Positions 49,786-63,659 are shown, counted from the whole stretch's first letter. The stretch: DNA of 63,924 bases, filler included, from Choristocarpus tenellus KU-1152 (GCA_964200185.2; 11 parts of 11 records of this genome joined end to end with filler, not necessarily neighbours in it), one strand, 5' to 3'. The notes: a model not told the origin generated them from the letters alone. Numbers and translations are program-made.

Positions 49786-52700
49786 AGTGTAGTGACCCAG
49801 AACCTTCTTGGGGGTTGGCATCCTGCAGGCAATAGAAGACGTGTTTCAGCGTGCCCCTCAGAACTCACCTCCACAGGATATGCAACTCAAACCCAACGAC
49901 CTTAAAACGGCGCTACGAAGGGGTCCACAGATGATAACCACAGACGGTGTCAGTTGATGTTTAGCTCAGTCAGTGTCTCGCTTTTCGCTTTATCAAAAGA
50001 GGTAAATATCAAAAGAACTGAGGGTGTGGTGATCCGCATCAGCCTTTTATTGTAATCACGCACCATTTTTCTACAGCCAAAGAGTGAAATGAAGTCTGCA
50101 AACTGCTAAGTAGATACTCCAATCATATATCTTTATTCTGCAACTTTCAGGAATTGACATCTATTCTGTAAGATTATGTTTGCATTTCAAATCTTACTCT
50201 GCATCTTCTATCAATTCAAAGTTCCTCCTACATGAATTATTACGTATGAATACTGTTCGCACATTTTGGCACGCAGAAAGAAATGCTCGCGCTGTTCGCC
50301 TGTTGTAACAGACGCAGTTATTATTACATTTTTAAAACTTTTCACGCGCTTGTTGAATAAAACGAAGCATATATCAGCAGCAATGCGACATCTCTAAAAG
50401 GAGGTGTCTACCAGTAGTACTTCGTAGTTGGACCATGAACTGGCTCAAAATGTTGCGCGTAGCATATCTGCAGTGAGAGTATCAAGCGAGTAGTGGACCG
50501 TCACTTCCACTGATTCTTAAGGCAGTCCCTGAATACCTCAGTGACAATGTGAGCAAGCAGTGAGTATTTCAACTCCTACAAGCATCAACAGAACACTCAG
50601 ATTCAAGAGAGGCACGTCTTCAGTGAGTGATCAATGGTGATAGACGCAATAAGAGCTGTTCGGTTTCAGTTTACAAGTTTGCACTATTAATAGGTCTGGT
50701 TAGAATATTGCTCCGGTGCTTTCCCTCTCCAACTCAAATAAGGACGAAGCGATTTAGAGCTCAAAACTATATGGTACGAGAGTACTCTGTTTTCTTCCAT
50801 CAAGTTTCTGTTTTTTTAACTTTCCCAATAATAGCATCTCTCTTTTTGTTGTGCAGTCCATACTATATGTTTGAATCAGAATGCCTACTATCTAGTTCTA
50901 TTGAAATATTGCCACCCTTACTTGACATTACACATGCCCAAATTATTTTAAGCTTCAACATGATATGCATTTTCGCAGGCTTTTCAATATTTAACTCTGT
51001 CAAGGGTCACCTCATCCGGTTTGGTCCTGTTTTGGCTCAACCCACCATTTTTAACACCCCTCGAGTTTTGTTGGCACCGAGACCTACTGAATGAAGCCTT
51101 GCGAACACCAACCCCTCCCACCAACCCCGTATTAGTTAAGTTTCGACATCCGACATCCTTGAGAAATTGCTATCTCGACAGTGTTGTTCTCGCTGGCACA
51201 TGTACGCAAGTGAAGATTGTTGTGTCTCTACTATCTATGCAGTAGAGCCTCTACTTATCATATGAAACTCAAACCTGTGTATTACTGTTTGTAGTAGAGA
51301 AAGGGGTTCATATATGTATAATGTACTAAGCATATGCTCGATAGTACATAGAATACACATGTCACATACTGGGGAGTATTACGTAACAGTAGATTTATGG
51401 TGGTGGCATCAACTTGACACTGCTTACCGTGAGGAAAAAGAAGTGACCTTGAAAGGATACAAATGTAAACTATTAGGATAACCTAGGACTCCTCCGCGAG
51501 TCAACCAACTCTCCAGTCCGTAAGCGTACCAGAAATCTTAGCAGAATATATAGTGATGAGACAAACTGCATTGCTACTTACCGTAGCACATTCCTACTAC
51601 TATTTGTTGATCGCATGACCCAGAACATTGCAGTGCTTGTTGGACAGTTTTTTGAGTCTGTCGGATGAGTTCTACCCTATTTTCACCCGTATTTGTTACG
51701 ATTAGAGCATTCGAGCTCTATACTGCGATTAGTAATGAATTTCGGTTAATGGGCTATTTTATCCTAGGGAGGGGGTCGGGTGTTCATTCTTGTCACTTGA
51801 CTGAAAGTGTCAGATGTTAAGGCTAATTTTCATAATTTGGACTCACCTTCGTCTTCCAAACCCCTGCATGGACCAAATCTGAACGAAAATCGCTCGCAAA
51901 ATGGGCATCAAACTGAGGTGTTTTAATACATCCCATCATGCCTCGAATGGACGACCTAAGCTAATCATCCCCCCCCTCTAGGATACCATAGGCTAATTAA
52001 TCTAGTATACACACCATACACTCTTCTAAAACTAGACATTTCCTAGTATCGTTCATACTTGGTTCCAAGCAACAATCACTGGAGACGAAACTGTGTGGTG
52101 AAAGTAACCACTGCACACAAAAGTTGTATGTCTAGTTTCTCTGGATCAGCCTGTAACTGCTGTTCATTCCTGAAATACATATAACTACTACTCTGGTAAG
52201 AATTAGTAAGGCATTGACCATTTTCTTCAGGAGAAGTGAATGCTTCGCGGCAGTGCGTGAACCCCAACGGTCTAGCTCATTTAGAAACTCCACACAGAGT
52301 TTGTCTGAGGGTATTTGTTTTGCATGACATAAATTGTATATGCAGCCCACGCATGTGCATGCGCGGGTTCTTCAGATAATACGAGGAGGAGGCAACCCAC
52401 CAACAACTATGGTGCCTTGTTGGTTTACTGGCACAAACCATAAAACAATTGCTGTTGTTTCACTCAGGCAGTAAATGCTACTGAACAACAAGTAGTAGGT
52501 TCCTACCTGTGACCGTTCTAACCACTCACTCACTGTTTCAGCAAACACCAAGCCTCCCAGCAGAATGAGACAATGGTGACTGAAATATATTTCAGTAATG
52601 GTAAGACTTCAATCTATAATATATTTTGCTACTACTACCTACACCAATCGTATATACTACAGAGGTATTACTTCAAAATACGTAGTATACCACTACCACC

Positions 52701-55700
52701 ACTACTACTTGTAGGGACCTACTACAATTTTGATAATAATATCATTGAGCATTTGTGCTCTTAGCGACGCATTCGACAATATGTAGTGTCATCATGCACG
52801 GCGCACCTAGCTTTTAAGTCACCATGGCCCCTTCTAACAGTAGTCTGTCGATTCTTCTCATACCTCGAAAACGGAACGCTCACATAACACAAACCTATTT
52901 TTCCGTTATACTTCCATAGCAATGCCTAGAAAACGGATGTATTGTAAAAGAATTGACCCCGAGAGTTGTGCTAGACAACGGATATTTCAACGGACTGAAT
53001 TTAGCTCAGGTGCTTGTTGAGCAGCAGACGTTGTAGGCAGCAAATATATCTCCAAGAGCAAATGGCTACAAGAGCAAATGGTTACAAGATTTATCCTGGA
53101 TAGTGGGTGGTGTGGTGCAAATGCTCTCAAGCACTATTCACAATACTGACGATACCAAATAAATGCACTAGAGCGTTTGTTTGGTAGAGTACAAACACTA
53201 TGAAGGAAATGGACTCAGGCTATTGCTGTTAGTGTACTTGGGCAACTGGTGGGAGAAGGAATGCCTTCGTTTCAACTATGTCCTCTCAAGTGCGGCCTCA
53301 ACTTCTGTTTGTACACAACGTGCTGATTCTCTGCAGCTCACTTAGTTGGGATAATATAGTGACCTCATTCCTCGAAAGGGTAGAAAGGATCAGCATGAGA
53401 ATATTTACTCAAAATAATCAGTCTCGACCTTTGCCTCTACTCTGGTATAACTATATATATTTCACATGTTTGTCTCAAGTAATCTGCTACATACAGGTCC
53501 ATGTGACATATCCACGATAGTGATACTTCGAGTTAAAATTTGAGCTTTTGAATGAACAGTCGGATATTGCAACCATTTATTTCTACTCGATGCACTTGCT
53601 CCTCGATGTCATATAAAATTCCAGAACACGATTCAGCCACGTATATCCCAAGAAATATTGCACTGCATGTCCTCATTTTCTAAGACAACAATCTTTTGTT
53701 TACTATATGAGCCAGCACGCTGGATCCCTCTTGTGGAGACCCAAATTATCTGGGAGGGGGGGGGGGGTCTACNNNNNNNNNNNNNNNNNNNNNNNNNNNN
53801 NNNNNNNNNNNNNNNNTTAATTAATTAANNNNNNNNNNNNNNNNNNNNNNNNNNNNNNNNNNNNNNNNNNNNGTCAAAATGTGTCTGTGTCAGTCGCACT
53901 ACGTCAGCCACTTGTATTGAACAATATAAGAAATCAATCCATCAAGACTCGAACCTGTGTCCCTAAGCACACCAAATCAAATCCTTTACCCTTACTCTAC
54001 TCATTCAATAATTCTGTTGTATTATGCTGTTCACTAAAGATATAACTCTCTATATAGTTCCTAGCCTATATTGCACACTTCCCACTGCAGTAAAGCATTC
54101 TATTTTGGGTTCTCACAAATGTCATTCTCGGTTATGTGCCAAGTGATCAAGACTAAACAAATTTAAAAGTACTAGCGAGCAGAAATCGATGTGGAAAACT
54201 GGTGTGAGATTTGACCATATTTAACCAGGAATCTGTTGGTGGGGCAAGCCCTAGTAATGCATGATGTAAGTAAGCCCTATGCTTTCGGGAATCAAGAGAT
54301 AGAGAGGTTGACTAGGTACTTGCTGGAAATTATAAATATAAATTACAAAAGACTGACATATGTACAGGGTTTGTAGGTCACGGAGCCAGGTATTAATTGC
54401 GACCAGTTACACTAATGCTGATAGTAAAAAGTGTTGTACAACCAGATTATCCAGGGTGTTATCGTATCTGGGCAAGGTTGAACTTCTCGAGTACCATTTC
54501 CCATTTATTGCAATCAACTTGTATACTATGCAAATAACTGCAGAAGATCATGTTCAACAAACCTACAAAATACATTCAAGTGTGAAAAAACTGCACGACA
54601 TCCCGGCAATGCAATGTACCTTCACTCAATCAACTCATCTAGCCAACACTTAATCAGACTTCCAAAACATCCAACCCTGCAAACCCACTAAATTACTCGA
54701 CCATACAGATACGATAGGGAGGTACCTTCATAGTACCTATTATAGGTGGAACAGTTTGAATGCAGGGAGGCTGGAAGAAATCGATAATTTATAAGATGTT
54801 CCATGTGTTCACCTCACGAGTATCCCATAGGAACAATTACTACTCTCCAGTCAGGTTAACAGCTAGAGCTTCACAGACAAATACAACAATGCAATTAGGA
54901 ACCAACTGAAGGCATCAAGTTCAACACAGCATCCCAAGACGTGTCAGTATTGGCACAAGGAAACTTAGATGTTTGAACAGACCTAAAGATATTGTAAGCA
55001 TGGTTTCTCACAGACTACTCAGCATCAGCCTCACGTTATGGTTCTCGGTCACTCAATTCCTACAAGTGGCCAAAGGCTTACTCACCCTGACCCAGTGACC
55101 CTGGCGCCTTGGGTGCGAGTGCTGAGCAGAATCCTGTCCGCATAGCTTCTCTTGGATTCTGCCAGAGGATCGAGCATCATCCTTCTCAGTGGTTCTATCA
55201 CTCTATATTTGACAAGAATGTGTGCAGTGTTCAGAGAGATTCCAAATGCCAAGGTTAGGTAGCTAAAAGCCATGGTCAAGTACTGCAATCCAGACAAGTA
55301 AACTGTAGGGGTCAATGATTGTACCACTTTCACTTGTAGAATGACGAAGGTTTAAACATAGTACTTACACTATAATTCTTTAACACAGCAAGATTCCATA
55401 CACTGATTGCCTTCCAGGTTGGAGTTTACGCTATTTGCAAATATACCTGGAATCGTTCGAGCTTGCTGCTCACTACCAATGACATTCAACATTCAAGCTT
55501 TTACAAATGTCGACTATTTCCCCAACACTGCATTCCAATTCAGCTATAGAAATTGCGAACCTCAGGCATGTAAATCAGTTTGCACCAGGAACATCATCCA
55601 TTCTCCGAGGAAAAGGGTCATGTGCTGCATATGAGTAGTCTAACTCCATGCTCTATGCGACACAAGGTAGCCATATAAAGCTCCCACCTAAGACTTACGT

Positions 55701-58700
55701 GAGAAAGAAGAGTATGTTGGTCCTGAAGACGGTCACATTTCCCCGTCCAATCCACCTGTTCAGCTCCACGGATTCTTGAGCACTAACTGCTGTGCTCAAT
55801 GCTGGCAAACAGTCGTAGGGAATTGTTGGAATGCACATAGTTCTTTTACTGATATTGACAGTATGAGCCGTATGGGCATGGAGCACTGGAGTAAACACAA
55901 TCACCTCACATGCTCCTAGCCTAAAACATTACCTGTCACATTGAAGTCGTGATAGTGGCGCTTCAAGGGTTGGTGTGTCCACTACATATATTTTATTGCA
56001 AATTGGAAGTAGATCATGTTACAAGGTGCAAGACCCAATCGGCAGGTCCATAAAATACCTGTATGAACTTGATATGAGAGATTAAACATGTTGAGCTGTT
56101 TGGCTGCATATTAATATTAAAATTGGTGTTAATTTGTCAAGTTAAGCAGACAAGCTAGACTTCTATCCTGCCAGTTTCCGTTTATAAATCGAAACTAATC
56201 AATTCTCAAGTTTTGGTCCAAACATGAGGCAAATCACCAAGTCATCTGTATATCGTGTATCTTTGTTGAGGTCAACACCACCCACACGAGGTATTAGGAC
56301 TCTTTTGAGCTTGGTTTACAACATACAACTTAAATCGACTCGATCAGCTTGAATCAATTTAAGTGTAAGAACAAAGCTTATTAAGGCCAAGCACGCAAAC
56401 AATGGAAAGTTGAAAGTCAAAAGTTAAACGACCCTCTGACAGGTGACAAGCCCAGCCAGAGCCACAAAAAAATTACTTACACCTATTTCTGTGCTCTTCC
56501 TCCACTGCAGAAGCTTTCTCCTGTGTGAAGTATCTGAGACGGAAAATTACTCGTATTTTGCTCAAGAAGGTCAAAGACTATGAGTGACTTCAGGTTGCAA
56601 GGGTCTTCCTCATCGCCATATCTACATGTTGGAGGACATAATGGCTTGATGGATGCTCAACTTCTCCACACCCAAAGCCTCCACAAACATCAGAGAGATT
56701 CATAGCAATGGAGATTGATATGGTTTACACTGAACAGTGAGACCTTGTGGTCAGCGAAGTGTATTGTGGAGCTCCTGCTGCTAAGCATACATATGTATAG
56801 TTAAATTGACCGAATAGCTAACCTTTTTGATACCATATCTATTGTTTGTTTATCTGCCATATCAATGCAACTCACAACACAGATTGCCCTACGACAATGG
56901 CCAGTCTCTCTCTCAGCATTCATGTCTACATCAGAGGGGTGAAAAGTGCGAGAATCGTTCGTGTGTGATGCAGTGGGTGTGATCCTACTACCACATGAGG
57001 GAGAGAGTCAATGGCAGAGTGGTGTTTGAGTTCATTGATTCCAGTGCGTACTATCACATTTCATACCCTCTCTGTAGTATGGTACGTGACTCTGAGCATC
57101 TTGCATTTGAGAATATTACTCTGCAACCACCATCTGTGAAGCACGTGGCTTGCATCTTAGGCTGTCACAACTGCAAATTGTTGCTCAAAAGCACACCTCC
57201 TACGGTATTTGTGCACTATACAAACGTTCATCACGTTGTCCTCATTTTTTTATAAGTTGGGATATAAAGTAGATCCACTGAGGTCTTCGAAAATGACCTG
57301 CGCAGAGTTCCACTCAATTTTACGACAATTGTTGCAAAGTGGCAGTTGGTGATTTAAATAGGCCCCTCACCACCACACTATTATTGTTACCTCTACATAT
57401 TCGTCACAATAGTCTGCGCAGTCCAAGACCTGTGATCGAAAGGTAGTCAGATGAAGACAACACATCATTTGAGTAATACAACTACTACAGAATAAAAAAA
57501 TAAAAAGCAGTGAAGACAAGAAGAGAAGAAAAAAAGATCAAAGGAAGAACCTAGTGGATCTATAAGGGTAAAGAAGGGAACCCAGGTGTAACGTATATGA
57601 TGTGGGAAACCCCTTTCATTTGCTTCAAATGTTTTTTCTTAGAACTAGTACAGTTTCAGGTTCCTTCAGTCACATGTCGGGGCCTAGCCATATTTCAAGA
57701 AGGCTGTGCTAGCTTATGTACGTCATACTAAGGCAGCAGCAACAGGCAGCTCAAGCAGATTGAGGTGCATACACACTCACCTCTCACTGCTCAATATTAC
57801 CCCTCTCTATGTATATTTTTGGAGATTGACCACTTTGCACCACAGGTCTGGGGACCCCTTGGAATAATACGTGGATAACAATTACCCATAACAATGGGGA
57901 GGCATAATGTGTGGAGGTTTCGCAGGTACAAAAGTGCCCAAGTGCACAGGGGTACCTCTAATCATATCAATTATTCTATCCCTAACCCTAACCCTAACCC
58001 AAGAAATATCTCTGTAAACTTGAGCACCTTGGTACCCAGTGAACTTCTTGCTAAAAAAAATATATACTCCAGAGCAACAACAAGGCTAAATCAAGCTTGA
58101 AATAGCTCTGCACAATAATATTAATGACATACGAGCACACAAACCAGACCGATAGCTTGATAAAAAATTAACACAAAGTGGAAAAATGTCAAGACCACAT
58201 ACAATGGGTTCTTCATTTCGAAGGGTTCAAGAAAATAGATGTCAACACAGCTCCAAAGATCAAAGTAGAGGCAAAGGGCGAGGGGGTGAAGATTAAGGTT
58301 GAAGGCTGCTAATTAATTTTGTAACAAATGGTACATTGTCGAATCTACAACTGTAGTAGAAGCATTTGTCTGGTATTATGGAAGGGGCGACAAGAGTTTA
58401 GGAGTAATAGGATTGTATGTAGCGGATGTGTGTGCGAGGTGTTGCAGTACGGTGATGAGGTGCAAAGTGGCGACTGGACTTTCTTAGCAGACAATCAATA
58501 GTCTTGATGACTTGGAGTCAGTTAAAGTCAGCTCAACCTGGCCAGGTGCTTGGGCTAGGTTGCAATTGAATTTAATAGGTAGCAGAGTCGGCAATATGCG
58601 ATAACTACGAGAGAAATGGACAGCGGTATTAAATTAGTGTTAGTTACTAGTGTCAGCAGTATACCTCGTTCTACAATTCTGACTCACCCAACCCTCTGAT

Positions 58701-59069
58701 TTTGTCTGTACTAAATGCCTTTTTCGCCAAAACGATTGTTCTTCTCTGCATAAGCATGGGGAGATTCAATGCTCCGTCAGTGCAAGGGTGTCCAGTTGGC
58801 AAGAAAAAAAGGACTACATTAATTGACCCAAGCGTGTGTGTGAGCAGTGTGTGAGGACGACATTTTGTAGTGGTAAAATCCACGGTCTGACTCCGATATA
58901 TTACCACAGGATTAAAGTCACACAATGGAACTAGAGGAGATCTGATCTTAGCCTATTAGAAATGCAGTCACATGCATTTGCAAGCTGTTCGACTCTAGTT
59001 TGATTCTGAGATTTCAGTAACCTACAGACGACAGACATACACCACCTACCTATTATTCACTCAGGATTG

Positions 59070-59331
59070 GAGTGAAATTATCTTAGAGGGTACGAGTTTT
59101 TCTCTGTCCGTTTGGGGCTTGGCTTCCCACGGGTTTTTAATGAGATGTCACCTACTCCAAAATGTTTCGGAGTAGGTAATAATACGCATACGTTATAAAA
59201 AGGTGTGTTCGGAACAAGGGTATTGACATTCCCTAACAAACACGATAGCCGAAATTACATCTAAATTGCAACACTGGGTTTTGGTCCCCAAATGGACGCG
59301 GCTCTACCCTCCCTCTAAGGTACTTTGACTC
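59070..59331 (-). mobile_element. MITE family A, full-length copy (about 260 bp)
   Basis: TIRs GAGTGAAATTATCTTAGAGGG ... CCCTCTAAGGTACTTTGACTC, flanked by TTG on both sides. Homologous to the copies at 14821, 60048 and 63402. Confidence 0.85.
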
Positions 59332-60039
59332 TTGCAGAGTGTGTAAGTATCTGGAAGCCTGGTATGGACCACTTCACAGAGTCAACTCGTCCTTGCTTAT
59401 TGCTGTCTGCTCTCTGGTTGACTCCTGTTTAGGGTAGATGCCAAGATGCCCACCTCACTTCCCCGAGGTATCCAGCACATAATAGACTTCTACTCAAATC
59501 GACTCCTCCAACTGCATCAGAGATAACTAGTAGTATACAAGTAGAGTCAGTACGCAAGAGTTAATAGTTGGTAAACCCATATTTGTTCTTGTATACGAAT
59601 GGATGGATAGGAATTGGCAATATTGATCATGGTGCTTTAAGGTTGTGTGGTCGCCCCCTCTGCTTAATACAACCACTCCTCAGCAATATTTTCCATTATT
59701 CCTTCACTCCTACGCATACATGAGTCGGGGGATACTTTAACAACTTCAACAGTAGATATATCTGCTAAAGCTACCATATAAACTTTAAAACTAATCTATA
59801 GAGAGGCAGCTGTTGTTTATATTTATGTGCTGCTCACCTGCACTCACAAGAGCCAGTGCCATTACTACCATGAGCTCTGTGCTGATGGAGAACAAATCAT
59901 CTACCTTTCTGTTGGAACACACACAAACATGGGATGTGACGGTACAAAGAATATTTTTGAACATATGTGTGGACAGAACTGGGATTATGAACAGAAGAGA
60001 TTAGAAAGGTAGATTCACCTTGGTATAGATAGATGCTCT

Positions 60040-60394
60040 GGCTCAAAGAGCCAAAGCATCTTAGAGGGTATAGCCGCGTCCATTTGGGGGCCAAAATCCA
60101 AGTTACCCTAACCCTCCGAAATATTTTGGAGTAGGTAAAATGTCATAAAAACCCCGTGGGAAGCCAAGTCCCAAATGGACAAACAAGGAAAAACTCATAC
60201 CCTCTAAGATACTTTCACTACAAAGTATCTGTGAGGGGAGCAGGTCTACACCAGGGTGTCCATTTAGGCCCTTACCAGGAAAAGTGCACTTACATTATCC
60301 ATCCGATACATGCAACCAAATTCACCCAAAAATCGCAACATGGAAAATGGGCCCCGAATGGACAGCCATGACCCCCTCTCAGATACTTTCAGCC
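60040..60394 (+). mobile_element. MITE family B copy with a family A copy (60048-60221) nested in its left TIR
   Basis: GGCTCAAA[GAGCCAAAGCATCTTAGAGGG...CCTCTAAGATACTTTCACTAC]AAAGTATCTG...CAGATACTTTCAGCC, with TCT on both outer flanks. Confidence 0.85.
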
Positions 60395-61495
60395 TCTACA
60401 GGAGAGAATCATTCCGATCTTAATATATATCTGGGAAAATTCACAAACAAGTTCAAAACCATCCTGTTACAGTGGGCATCACACCTCACTCTAGAACTGA
60501 CTGGGATCACGGAGCAAATGCATTGGCCCAACTATGCCCGACGTCATAATAGTACACACACGTAGCATTGGCATTGACAATAAGTGACCATGGTTTGGTA
60601 TTCAAAATGTTTATCAAGGAGGGTCCAACCTAAACGTGAACCAAAGTCTAGTGCTGTCCTACCTCCACCAAAAATGCAAGGAGCCATCATACATACTATT
60701 AATGCCGACTCAAACTTCAAAAAGCAACATACAATATTCCCAACGACAACAATATTTCCCTCATCAGTCACGAATAAACGCTCCTTGAACTCCTCGTAAA
60801 ATGTCAGCAGAGCCAAATATATTCCGTGCAGCAACTGACATGCGTTCCCTAGTGATATGATATTACACTGTCAAGACCCTAGAGATAAGGCAGCGTTAAG
60901 GGTGGCCATGACCTTGCAAGGTGTGAAAAGTCGAGACGGTATTGGGTGTTGGACAAATCACGACTATATAAGTATTAACCGCATAGAGAAGTAACAGCCT
61001 GAAACCGAAATATATTATGATAAAATATTTTCACTATTTCTCTAAATAGTGATTAAAAAAGACTCACGTAACTGGAAGCATCCCCATGCAACAGTATTTA
61101 GGGCTCAATAGATTCCACATACTGCTTCAACGCAACACCGCACTATAGCCAACACATCAGTCTTNNNNNNNNNNNNNNNNNNNNNNNNNNNNNNNNNNNN
61201 NNNNNNNNTTAATTAATTAANNNNNNNNNNNNNNNNNNNNNNNNNNNNNNNNNNNNNNNNNNNNACAAAACCCCCCCATTACACCCCCCCCCCCCCCCCC
61301 CCCCCCCCAGATACTTTCGGCCTATGAACATGCGTAGATAAGCTCTTGTGACCGTTGCTCCTCGATGTTGCCGTGCCTTATCAGAAAAAAAAAAGAATAG
61401 AATTCACTCACTAGTTCGTGTATTCAGCAGTGTGTATGTGAGTTTCCGATTGCCTCTGAGTGAGGAAGAACCTTTGGCAGCGAGAGGTTTCTCAC

Positions 61496-63379
61496 CTCCT
61501 CCATATGTGGGCGACATTCTGGGTCGGTGCTGACCATTCTTGCGACCAATGAAATCAATTCCGAAGAGTAGTGGTCGATCAGGGGCGGGTACTCTCCCTG
61601 TTGCAAAGAGAAACAAGAGGGGAGAATATAATTTATGTCGTGCGTTGCATTGGACCAGGACCAAACTTTAAAGGTTTGTTTTCCCCTACCTACTCGCCAG
61701 CTCATACTGGATGATGGTATGATACAAACCTTCAAAGCTCCAGTTCCCATGCTGAACGGGAATGAGACAGGTGTTCCGGTGGAGTCGAGGGTGGAGGTTA
61801 GAGCGAGGGTAGGGATTGAAGTTCCAGGGCATTAGAACACTGACATGTTCTTCGAAATAGGTGCTGTGTTGAGGCTATACATGAGTGAAGTAGGGTAGAC
61901 GGGCAGTACTCAACATACCACATACAGTTAGGCTTTTGGCTAGATTTTATTGTATCCCTACCGCTGTCGATTGCAGGTGGTAACTTTTATCAGTGAGCAC
62001 TAATGGGTTAGGGAAAATGAAAAAGATAAGTTGACCTCAAAGGCTGAAGGTGGGCTACTGGACGGAACAGGCAGAGTAATGAGGATTAAGGTTAAGGGAT
62101 CCGAAGTGACTGAGTTGTGGTGATAAATAAATAAAAACTCAAGAATTATACAGCTTGCTCTCTGCAGGATTTGTGAGGAGACAAGAGGGTCTTGGAGGAC
62201 TTGAAAGGGAGGCTCAAGGCCATCGCTACCAATAGCTGGGAACAGAGAGGTCTGTCTTGCTACTACTAATAATAACAATAATGACAATAAATATAACTAT
62301 AATACCACTAATTATATTTATTATTATTATAACAAGAATAACAACAATAACAATAATATTATCTCTATCATTCAAACTGTGCATCGCAAACAAATTTGTG
62401 ATACAAGATTTGTGAAAAAAACAAAAAGCGTGCATGTATCCTCTTGAGAGCACGTCAAGCAGCCCCGCCCCACTCAGGCTCAATGATACTGCGACCCCAG
62501 CAGTGCAGTGCATGCTCACCTGACAGATCTTCTGAAAAAGTCTGTAGATGTTAAGTCCCTCGCTCTTGAAAGGACTGCGCAGCATGGCTAACTCATAAAG
62601 CATGCATCCCAGAGACCACACGTCGCTCTTCCAGTCATACCCATCGCCTCGGAACACCTCAGGAGACATGTACAATGGAGTGCCCACCTGAGGTGCATGC
62701 AATAATATTCCACACACAAGTGCAAACAAAAGACAATACATGGCAAATTGAAAAAGGGGAAAGGTGCGCCTTGGAAAACTGACTGGATGAACTGTGGACA
62801 ATGTGGAGGAGAACACAGTGCAGGAGTTGAGTGGCAGTGCCGATTGGAATCCCATCTCTCTCTCCACCGGTTGCCATGCGACACAAAGCATTTAAGAGGG
62901 TAGGGCCATGTCCATTACGGGTAATAACTCCTATAAGCCAAGCCCCGAACAGACAACCAGGGTAATACTCTTTACCCTCTTAACTGCTTTGAGTCTCTTC
63001 ATTCGTGTAATGTCTTGAGGAATAATGTGTGTATGTGACAATGATGACAACTGCATACCAAGACTATTCAGATAGGGTTGAACATTGCTCTGCATTAAAC
63101 ACAGTTGGAAACGCATCTGCTAATACCGACCTGACATGGCATGACTATATCCTAACCCGTAACCCTGACAGTATTCACACAATAGTAGCCTCAACCCAAA
63201 GTACAATACATTGTGCACTACTCCTCCTACTCTGCAGGACCGGCGGTTCTAAGTGCTTCTAAGTGGTTCTAAGTGGTTCTAAGCGGTTCTAAGTGGGTCA
63301 GACTCCCCGTTACCTTCGAGTGAGCTTCCAGAGTGTTCTCGCTCATGAAACGACCCAGGCCCAGGTCGCCTACCTTTAC
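61496..63379 (-). CDS. NIMA-related kinase (NEK6/7-like), internal exons 63379-63314, 62687-62520, 61597-61496
   Basis: VKVGDLGLGRFMSENTLEAHSK|VGTPLYMSPEVFRGDGYDWKSDVWSLGCMLYELAMLRSPF; DLG in place of DFG is typical of NEK6/7. Confidence 0.92.
63243..63296 (+). repeat. 10-bp tandem repeat (GGTTCTAAGT)5 next to a NEK splice donor
   Basis: Seen directly. Confidence 0.9.
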
Positions 63380-63401
63380 CTGAACATGAGGACGGGCACC
63401 G

Positions 63402-63659
63402 GAGTCAAAGTATCTTAGAGGGTAGAGCAGCGTCCATTTGGGGGTCAAAATCCAATGTTGCGATTTGATGTAATTTTGGCTATATGTGTTTGTTAGGAAG
63501 TGTCAATATCCTTGTTCGTAACTCACCGTTTCATAAGGTATACCTTTTACCTACTCCGAAACATTTTGGAGTAGAAAAATATCATTTCAAGAAATCCGTG
63601 GGTAGTCAAGCCCCAAATGGACAAGCAGGGCAAGATTCGTGCCCTCTAAGATACTTCTC
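63402..63659 (+). mobile_element. MITE family A, full-length copy in a NEK intron
   Basis: GAGTCAAAGTATCTTAGAGGG ... CCCTCTAAGATACTT, with the internal hairpin CTACTCCGAAACATTTTGGAGTAG. Confidence 0.85.

Noticed and set aside
59070-59331. GRSYC as a 5-bp target-site duplication of the MITEs
   Set aside because: In the intact copies the two 5-mers are inverted (GAGTG/GACTC; GGCTC/CAGCC), so they belong to the TIR rather than being a direct duplication.
4184-61264. Repeated TTAATTAATTAA motif as a biological repeat or insertion site
   Set aside because: It is always centred in 44+44 Ns, so it is an artificial six-frame-stop contig linker.
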